Below, piece by piece: positions 57,375-64,000 of a stretch of DNA of 64,000 nucleotides. Under the pieces are notes generated by a model. That model ran no database searches, was not told the DNA's origin, and saw only the letters and a list, made by a program, of their open reading frames with translations. Positions within the stretch are counted from its first letter, which is position 1. Every line of letters starts with the position of its first letter. The position numbers and the translations under genes were made by a program. Source of the stretch: a virus; the IMG/VR virus record IMGVR_UViG_3300022752_000019, positions 100,604 to 164,603 of that record. One strand, 5' to 3'.

Positions 57375-57883
57375 TAGTGAAGAGTTGATACTAAAACCTC
57401 CCTCACTCCGCGAGGGCCACCACTGCGGAGGGTTTGGGGTCTCTTCACTAACCACAAGTCAGATCATCTCGCCCTGGAAAGCGAGACCTGATTTGCAGGG
57501 CCTGAGTGTTTGGTACGTCGGCCGGCGTATTGGGCATTCAGCTCCTGGGTGGGTTGTGCAGCTGCTTCTCGACGTGCGCACCAAGAGAGGCAGCTGCATC
57601 ACACCGAAAAGCCCTGGTGGCACCGCCGGGCTCGAGGAGTACCAGAACTCCTCCTTCTTCACGCAAAGCGTGGAGAGTCTCAGCGCCATAGGGCCAGCCA
57701 GCTTCGAGCTGGCTGCTGGCAAGGGCTGAGCGGACTGGAAAGGGGGCACTGGGGCTCCCTGGACGCAGCGTAAATGCGTCCCCGAAAGTGGTACACTCCT
57801 GTCACTAAGAAGGGGTGAGGTCTACACACAAACCCAGATTTCGACAACAGAGCGATCCTCCCAGGGGCGCTCTGTTGTCTTTT
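57375..57883 (+). ncRNA. Putative large structured ncRNA (~500 nt)
   Basis: Promoter 57343-57369, about 10 helices with many G-U pairs, intrinsic terminator 57843-57883. Confidence 0.65.
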
Positions 57884-57928
57884 AGCTTGTCCTATCACCG
57901 GCTGACAGCTTGATACTTAGTCCTAAGT

Positions 57929-58777
57929 TCAGAAGAACGATGTCAGTGGCGTCGTGTCGGCAACCAGTGGTCGCGTGGATTCCGCGGAGCTTGCCGCTGC
58001 TTGTCCACCTCCCATCGGAGTACGAGAGGGCAGAGGCTTGCGGCCAAACGACCTGCGAATCCTGTCCACCTCCTCGGGTGTGAGCGTTAGCCGGTCACGC
58101 CCCGAGTTCGGGTAGACCGGCCCCGTCTGTTCATCCACGATGAAGTCCACGACCTTCCTTCGGCCATCTGAAGTAAGGACCGTGTTGCCCCGGTTCGCCA
58201 CCATCGGGTTTCCTGCCACTCCTCCTTCGGGCGTCACGATGTCGCGCACACGAAGATTGACACTCTCTGCGGCCTGATTCGCGGCTTGCTGCGCTTGCTG
58301 CGCAAAGGCGTTGTTTGCCGCTGAACGATCAATCTTTGTTCCCGGTACGTATTCTTTTAGCATGTAAGAGAACTGGTTGTTGTTCTGTCGGGCCTTGCCT
58401 CGTGTGTACATCTCCGCGAAGTCAGGGTTGCCTCTCAGAAGACCTCCCACTCGAACCTTCCTGTCCTCCTGCCCCGGAGAGTAGATCGGAGCCTCGGGGC
58501 TATACGTCTTGCGCACTGCAATCCGTCCCGGCTGATCTGTCGCACCCACCACAGTCTCTGCCAGCCCCTCCGCTCCAGACCCAAGCCCGCGTACCAACGA
58601 ACCCTGGTCCGTCACCTTCAATGCACCCGCATCCTGAAGCCTTCGCGTCAGCGCGTTCGCCTCATCCACCTTCCCCGCATCAAACAGCTTGCGCACCTCC
58701 CGAAGCTGACGCGGAGCCGCAAGCTTGGTCGTCTCCACGGCAAACGCCCGCCACACTTCCGCACTGATGAAAGACAT
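57929..58777 (-). CDS. Protein kinase-like protein with K-x-A leader
   Basis: RAFAVETTKLAA leader; LGSGAEG, AVRK, KEYVPG, RDI..N, VVDF. Confidence 0.7.
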   Translation of the reverse strand: MSFISAEVWRAFAVETTKLAAPRQLREVRKLFDAGKVDEANALTRRLQDAGALKVTDQGSLVRGLGSGAEGLAETVVGATDQPGRIAVRKTYSPEAPIYSPGQEDRKVRVGGLLRGNPDFAEMYTRGKARQNNNQFSYMLKEYVPGTKIDRSAANNAFAQQAQQAANQAAESVNLRVRDIVTPEGGVAGNPMVANRGNTVLTSDGRRKVVDFIVDEQTGPVYPNSGRDRLTLTPEEVDRIRRSFGRKPLPSRTPMGGGQAAASSAESTRPLVADTTPLTSFF

Positions 58778-58903
58778 GAACCCCTCACACCCCAATCCTA
58801 TCACCCCATGCTCGGGAGACACCTACTGATTTCTTTACTTCATTGATTTGTACCCTAAGTAAATTTGTACCCCCCTAAATAGTGGACCCTCAGTTTTCAC
58901 TTC

Positions 58904-59001
58904 CTCTTTTTTTGAGTTAGTCAAAAGTTCACCCACAGAACATTGTTCACGGGGCCTGTGATACTTGTCTCTTTTTTTGAGGTTACTCAAAAGTTTACCC
59001 A
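58904..59001. repeat. Two ~32-bp imperfect direct repeats with internal palindromes
   Basis: CTCTTTTTTTGAG(G)TTA[GC]TCAAAAGTT[CT]ACCCA at 58904 and 58969. Confidence 0.75.
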
Positions 59002-59179
59002 TATAGTAGGAAGCACTGTGACCCACCTAAGTGTCCAGGAACCCCTTTTCATCTCCCTAACGCTATACGCCGCGTAGGCTAAAAAACAAGGCAAAAGCTG
59101 GCATAATATAGGTATCGGGAAAGAATACCTGCGCGCGGTGCGCAAGGGTTCTACAACAAGTCCCGAAAAAAGGTGACAT

Positions 59180-59473
59180 ATGTTCGCTAAGACGTTCTCC
59201 ATGCTCAATCGTCACGGTGGTGCCATGGCCGTCGGTGGCGTTGTCGGTGCCGGTGTCGGCGCCGGCGCCTCCCACCTCGGACTGGTCAACACCGGGATCC
59301 CCACCGCCGCAGCGGTCGGCGCGGCGGCGGGCGCAATCGCGTTCTTCACGGGGTCCATCATCTGCGAAGACGATCAGCTCGCGCAGCTCTCCGAAGACGC
59401 CGAGAAGGCGGCGGTCAAGGCGGCGGAAGCGAAGGCCAAGGCCGAGGCCGAGAAGAAGAAGAAGAGCGCGTGA
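59180..59473 (+). CDS. Glycine-zipper membrane protein
   Basis: GGVVGAGVGAG..AAVGAAAGA; promoter 59080-59107, terminator 59478-59508. Confidence 0.7.
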   Translation: MFAKTFSMLNRHGGAMAVGGVVGAGVGAGASHLGLVNTGIPTAAAVGAAAGAIAFFTGSIICEDDQLAQLSEDAEKAAVKAAEAKAKAEAEKKKKSA

Positions 59474-60097
59474 GACACAAAGGCCCGCCCCTTCGGGGGC
59501 GGGCCTTGTGAGCGGTCGCTTGTTAGCTAAGGTGCTCCTTAGCTAACCAGCTAAAGCTCACTGGTCCAACTACATGCAGTGGAATCGGCGATGCGCAAGG
59601 TTCTCGCTAAGTGGCCTGGAATCGGGGATAAGCGGCCTGATTTCTTTAGCCCCCAATAATGGTATCAAAGTAAAAAATGAACCTCAAGGGGTGGGAGCAC
59701 TGTCCATAAGAGGCTCTATGAAAAGTCTATACGAGGGTTTCTACAAGACAAACAAACAGGCTGGAAAGGGAAGTGACAGGCGTGCATGAGGGATGGCGAT
59801 ACATCTGAACCATACGCATACGGCTTGACCAGAGGGAGAATGGATGAATGGCGGGCCATACGAGCGAAGTCATGCACCAGTCATGTACCAGTCATGCGAG
59901 ACCTGTACTTCAGTGGAGGTACGAGAGGTGGGATGTATGTTCATGAGTGATGTGAGATGGGTGTTCATGTGTGGGGAAATGGGCTGTTTCTTGGTACTCG
60001 CCCATTGCGAAATTTGCGCAGAGAGTGAGACATAAGAGCTGTGCGCTGCTTGGGTGGAATAGCTGCCCATGCGCGAATTGCGAATGACGGAGCAACG

Positions 60098-60457
60098 ATG
60101 AGACGCGCATGCAAGACCTGCCCGTGGTGGAAGATGACTGCCACTCCGTGCCCCTACTGCAAAGGTAGGTGCTGCCGAGATTATCTCGGCTACAAGCCCA
60201 CACACATGAACGACGAGTTCTACAGGCACGTCTGCGACCACTGTGAGGACGGCACTCACGGAACCCCGAGTCCCTACGACCCCAAAACCGACCCCTACGT
60301 GCGGGATGCCTGTGTGGCACTGGGCGTGTATGTGAACACCCTCCTCCCCGGCTACGACCCCCTGACGGTCGCGGCCCAGGTGGAACGCCGGGCGATGGAG
60401 ATCGCCGAACGCGCCGTGCGCGCGGCGCTGAAGACGCATGACATCAAGGAGGATTGA
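60098..60457 (+). CDS. Cys-rich hypothetical protein
   Basis: CKTC, CPYC, CDHC; RBS GGAG. Confidence 0.6.
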   Translation: MRRACKTCPWWKMTATPCPYCKGRCCRDYLGYKPTHMNDEFYRHVCDHCEDGTHGTPSPYDPKTDPYVRDACVALGVYVNTLLPGYDPLTVAAQVERRAMEIAERAVRAALKTHDIKED

Positions 60458-60460
60458 GCC

Positions 60461-60787
60461 ATGTGCTGTACCTGTGACGCAAACCGATTGATTGACGCTC
60501 ACCGCAAAGGGCAAACTGTGATCTTCGCTTGGAAGGACGCGCCCGGGGTTTACCTTGAAGCGGAGGCCGAAGGCGACAAGCCCGAAGGAGCCCCGGCTAA
60601 GATTCGCCTGCGTAAGCAAGACGGGGAGTGGTCGCCCTGGTTCGACACCGCCGACCTTGCGAACACGATGCTGCGGCTCGGAACCGATGTGAAGTGGAAA
60701 CGGGTGAACAAGGATATGCGCGCATGGCTCACTTCGCCGTGCGCTTTCCCTCACTTCGCCGTGCGCGAGCGGGGGACCACCCCGTGA
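60461..60787 (+). CDS. Hypothetical protein
   Basis: RBS GGAGGA. Confidence 0.6.
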   Translation: MCCTCDANRLIDAHRKGQTVIFAWKDAPGVYLEAEAEGDKPEGAPAKIRLRKQDGEWSPWFDTADLANTMLRLGTDVKWKRVNKDMRAWLTSPCAFPHFAVRERGTTP

Positions 60788-61038
60788 TCCCCTCTTTTCT
60801 CGACAAGATCAAGGCACGCCTCGCTGCCGCGACTCCCGGCCCGTGGGTGCTCGCCCCAGACCGGGAGAGCATCACGCAGACGAGCCACCTTACCCGGGAT
60901 GTTTGGACCATCCCGCGGACGCATGAAGACATGGAACTGATCGCCCACGCGCCGTCCGACCTCGCAGCCCTCATTGCAGAGGTCGAGCGGCTCCGCCAGC
61001 ACGCCGACCTCCTGGCCGCGCTGGAGGTGGCGCCGTGA
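60784..61038 (+). CDS. Ead/Ea22-like protein
   Basis: ARLAAATPGPW..LIAHAPSDLAALIAEVERLR. Confidence 0.7.
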   Translation: MIPSFLDKIKARLAAATPGPWVLAPDRESITQTSHLTRDVWTIPRTHEDMELIAHAPSDLAALIAEVERLRQHADLLAALEVAP

Positions 61039-61601
61039 CCGAGCCCCGCCTCACCCTCTCCATCCGCGACCTTCGCGATGCCAGGCCCCGGGGCAGTGAC
61101 CACCTCGCTGCCTACATCCCCGACATCCGATCCGCCCTGCCCGACGTGGCAGACGAGGATCCCATCGACGTGGCGGCCTGGTGGTGCTTGCCATCCATGA
61201 CCCTGCCAGACGCGATTCTGACCCTGTGCGCGGCGCACCCCCCGGAGCGCGCAGCCCAGGTGGCGGTGCTCGTCGCGCGGTGCGCGGCGACGCGCGCGGA
61301 CATCGCAGCATCTTCGGCCCATTCCAACTACATGGTCGAAAGCTGCGCCGCCGAGGCCGCAGAATGGGCCGACGATGCCACCGACGCCGTCGCCTGTGCC
61401 ACCTCTGCCACATCTGACGTCGATTGGGCAGAGATCGCCGAAGCCACCTCTATTTACGCAACCAACGTCGCCGCCTGTGCCACCGTCGCCGCCGCTGGCG
61501 ACGAAGGCGTAGCTGGCGACTGGACCTACAACGTCAGAGCCGCCGCCGAGCGCGCCGCGCAGATGGCGGACCTGCTGGCGGCGCTGGAGGCCGCGTCGTG
61601 A
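61035..61601 (+). CDS. Ala-rich helical hypothetical protein
   Basis: GTGA-coupled; ends AERAAQMADL. Confidence 0.6.
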   Translation: MTEPRLTLSIRDLRDARPRGSDHLAAYIPDIRSALPDVADEDPIDVAAWWCLPSMTLPDAILTLCAAHPPERAAQVAVLVARCAATRADIAASSAHSNYMVESCAAEAAEWADDATDAVACATSATSDVDWAEIAEATSIYATNVAACATVAAAGDEGVAGDWTYNVRAAAERAAQMADLLAALEAAS

Positions 61602-61990
61602 CCCCCGCCGACCTCGACCCCATCAAAGCGCGTCTCGCCGCTGCGACCCCTGGACCCTGGGGGATGAGACGCGCATGCAAGACCTGCCCGTGGAGGAAGA
61701 GCGTGGAGCCCGGAGGGTTTCCGGGAGGATGCGTGAATGAGAGCGAACTTCGCCGCATGGCGTCAGGCGAGCCATACATGAAGGTGATGCAGTGCCACAG
61801 CACACCGGATGGAGAGCAGGCGAAGGTGTGCGTTGGCTTTGCGCTTCGCGTTGGAGACGCGAGCGTTGGCTATCGACTTTGCCGCATTGCGCGCATGCTT
61901 GATGAAGTTGAGGACGACGGCGACCTCCTCAACTCCGTGGATGAGGTCATTGAGCGGCACAACACGAGCCGCGGGCTGGTGTGCAAATGA
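61598..61990 (+). CDS. Chimeric Ea22-N-terminus + DUF6283-like protein
   Basis: IKARLAAATPGPW fused to ACKTCPWRK..CH..CVG. Confidence 0.6.
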   Translation: MTPADLDPIKARLAAATPGPWGMRRACKTCPWRKSVEPGGFPGGCVNESELRRMASGEPYMKVMQCHSTPDGEQAKVCVGFALRVGDASVGYRLCRIARMLDEVEDDGDLLNSVDEVIERHNTSRGLVCK

Positions 61991-62079
61991 CACCTACCAG
62001 GAACATTCCCGCAAGCGTGATTTGCGCGTCCTTCAACGCGGGCTGAGCACGACGAGAGATTACTGTTCAGAACAGCGGA

Positions 62080-62559
62080 GTGATCATGAACGTACAAGAA
62101 GATCTCATCTGCCCGCGCTGCGGGAAGACATTGTCCTGGTCCTGCCACAAGGAGACCGGGACCGCATTCTGTGAGGCGTACTCCTCTTGGGTGTACCCAG
62201 TAGTCTTCGAGCGCGAGCGCGATGAGGCCAGAGCAGAACGCGACAAGCTGTCTGCGGAACTGGCCGCGGAGCGCGCGGAGGTCGAACGTCTCCGCGCGGA
62301 GGTCGAACGTCTCCGCGCCGAGGTGGAACGGCGCCGGGATGTCTACGACCTCGTGGGGGCTGTGGAGCACTCTGCTGGCCAACTCGCGGCCCATGAAGAC
62401 AGAGGCGCGTGGGAGGAGCGCGCCGCCGTGGTGGCGTACCTGCACGCGGAGGCCTGGCGCATGTACGAAGCGGGTCAAGACAGCCCCGCGTGGTTCGTGC
62501 TCTGTAACAGAGCAGAAGCCATCGAGAACAGCGAGCACCGCCGCGAGGAGAAGCCGTGA
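62080..62559 (+). CDS. Zn-finger/coiled-coil hypothetical protein
   Basis: CPRCG; AEVER repeated three times. Confidence 0.6.
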   Translation: MIMNVQEDLICPRCGKTLSWSCHKETGTAFCEAYSSWVYPVVFERERDEARAERDKLSAELAAERAEVERLRAEVERLRAEVERRRDVYDLVGAVEHSAGQLAAHEDRGAWEERAAVVAYLHAEAWRMYEAGQDSPAWFVLCNRAEAIENSEHRREEKP

Positions 62560-62996
62560 CCGAAGCAGAACTCACAGCGGAGCGGCTGGCTGCGCTTTTG
62601 GACGCGGAACGTGAGAACACCGCGCTCCGAACGCAGATTGCCGAACTCTACAAGACCGCTGACGCGGCTTATCGCGGCGGCTACCGGGAACTCGGCGCCC
62701 GTGCGGCGGCCGCGGAGAACGAGGCCGACCGTCTCCGCGCCCGACTGCGCGAGGTGGCGCAGATCCTCATCGAGCACACGGGCGAAAGCGGCCCGATGGA
62801 CGCCGAGGACGCTGCCCGCAAGGTCGTCGGCGAACTCGCGAAGCAGATTGCCGTCAACACTGAGCTGGCCGCCTGCCTCAAGTGGTATGTCGAAGAAGAT
62901 GACGCCCAGGAGGGCGGATATTGGGAAGAGTGGAACGCTCCCTGGCTTGAGGGAAAGCGCCGAGCAATGCGGGCACTCAAGATGGAGGAAGAATGA
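62556..62996 (+). CDS. Coiled-coil hypothetical protein
   Basis: Coupled ORF. Confidence 0.65.
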   Translation: MTEAELTAERLAALLDAERENTALRTQIAELYKTADAAYRGGYRELGARAAAAENEADRLRARLREVAQILIEHTGESGPMDAEDAARKVVGELAKQIAVNTELAACLKWYVEEDDAQEGGYWEEWNAPWLEGKRRAMRALKMEEE

Positions 62997-63316
62997 AGAT
63001 GGACATCACACTAAGCCGCGAAGATCTCAAGGGCCTCCAGTGGCTCCAGGTAGCCATTGAGCACGTACTCGAGGAAGAGACCAAGCGCCGAGCGCAGGCA
63101 GCGGGCCGCCTTCCTCCGAATAGCACCATGTGGCGTGTCTCAGTCACCACGGACGAGTCATACGCACCCACAGTCATTGAGGTGTCCTACCAGGTGTCAC
63201 AGCCTTGGCCTCCCGCCGGCAATGGGAAAAACTCCTCCTACACGGAGGAATACACGCTGGCAGAGGCCCTTGCTCTCGCCCTTGGTCAGGCCCCTCTCAG
63301 CCCCTCTAAGGAGTAA
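62993..63316 (+). CDS. Hypothetical protein
   Basis: Coupled ORF with RBS. Confidence 0.6.
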   Translation: MKMDITLSREDLKGLQWLQVAIEHVLEEETKRRAQAAGRLPPNSTMWRVSVTTDESYAPTVIEVSYQVSQPWPPAGNGKNSSYTEEYTLAEALALALGQAPLSPSKE

Positions 63317-63477
63317 CCATGTCCTCATTTGACAATGAGACCCTCGAATTCCGCCGTGGCTATCGTGCGGCCCTTAAGAACGGCGATACATAGACGTTTC
63401 AAAAGAGAGTAATACGCGTCATAAACGTCTTGTGGGCCAAGCCCATACGTGCTCGAAACCCACCAATGAAGGCAAAC

Positions 63478-64000
63478 ATGAGCAAGATCACCCACATCAC
63501 CGATGAGCAGCGGGCGAAGATGCCGGAGTACGTCCGGAAGTGGACGGAAATTGGGCGCAGCACGAAGCCCATGGACTTTGAGCGGGCGGCCCAGCTCGTC
63601 ATGGAGTCCGTGGACAAGGTCGCGCGGAACAAGGGCTGGGTTCTCAGTTCACCGATCATCCCGCGTGATCGCATCGTCCCGGCGGTCTCGCCGATCATCG
63701 CCCAGCAGGCCGGTCGAAAGATCGCCGAGAAGATGGGCTTCAAGAGCGACTCGCTGGACGGGTACTGGCCCGCCCAGATCTACGGATCCAGCTCCGCCCG
63801 GTTCGGATTCCTCATCGATGTGATGGGAGTGAGGGAGCGCCTCACTCCCGATCAGGCGGAAGCCTGGCGCATCCTAGAGGAGTTCACACAAGTCTGTGGC
63901 GGTGTGTACTACGGCCCGAACTTCGCGTTCATCGCCGACCGGCCCTCGCGCCTGCACCTCCTCGACGCGGGCACTTCCCACGTCCTCCACAACCCGGACG
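63478..64000 (+). CDS. DUF6745-like protein (truncated by the window edge)
   Basis: MSKITHITDEQRAKMPEYVRKWTEIGRST.P.D...FIADRP..LHL. Confidence 0.6.
   Translation, partial: MSKITHITDEQRAKMPEYVRKWTEIGRSTKPMDFERAAQLVMESVDKVARNKGWVLSSPIIPRDRIVPAVSPIIAQQAGRKIAEKMGFKSDSLDGYWPAQIYGSSSARFGFLIDVMGVRERLTPDQAEAWRILEEFTQVCGGVYYGPNFAFIADRPSRLHLLDAGTSHVLHNPD

Larger units (their letters stand above)
50574..59508 (+). repeat. Array of terminator-promoter intergenic modules
   Basis: GC-rich C(TTCG)G hairpins near 52444, 52952, 54098, 55681, 56147, 56887, 57272 and 59479. Promoter -10 boxes at 50593, 51966, 52498, 53007, 53319, 53573, 54154, 54755, 56943, 57362 and 59100. Confidence 0.85.

Noticed and set aside
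52444-59508. Recurring GGGCC-TTCG-GGCCC palindromes as a CRISPR array
   Set aside because: Copies vary, are separated by whole genes and sit right after stop codons, so they are terminators. No cas genes are present.
60097-61700. Repeat pair as DGR template and variable repeats
   Set aside because: Too short, no series of adenine-specific mismatches, and no reverse transcriptase in the window.

Overview
Segment of a large, GC-rich (~60%) tailed-phage genome, most likely a jumbo myovirus; the host cannot be determined from this window. 1-38.5 kb is mostly a minus-strand late/structural block. It encodes baseplate J and gp25-like proteins, Ig-like and fibre proteins, a hub with an embedded M15 peptidase, a tape measure and a frameshifted tail chaperone. 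The block also holds a sigma-70-family factor, an ATP-dependent DNA ligase, a GroES and five large modular proteins whose modules are separated by a recurring K-x-[AS] motif. 39.7-43.9 kb carries 14 tRNAs, a tmRNA and several structured spacers. 45-49 kb holds repair and lysis genes. 49-64 kb is an accessory region of small gene cassettes, each with a conserved [TG]AAA-N15/16-GTCATAA promoter-like motif and a UUCG hairpin terminator; some cassettes appear to express large structured RNAs instead of proteins. Best candidates for new biology: (1) a K-x-A-punctuated polyprotein cargo system that may also deliver the phage sigma factor; (2) promoter-driven, highly structured ncRNAs (about 500, 270 and 200 nt); (3) two distinct promoter-like motif classes. 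All protein family calls come from motifs recognised by eye, not from database searches.
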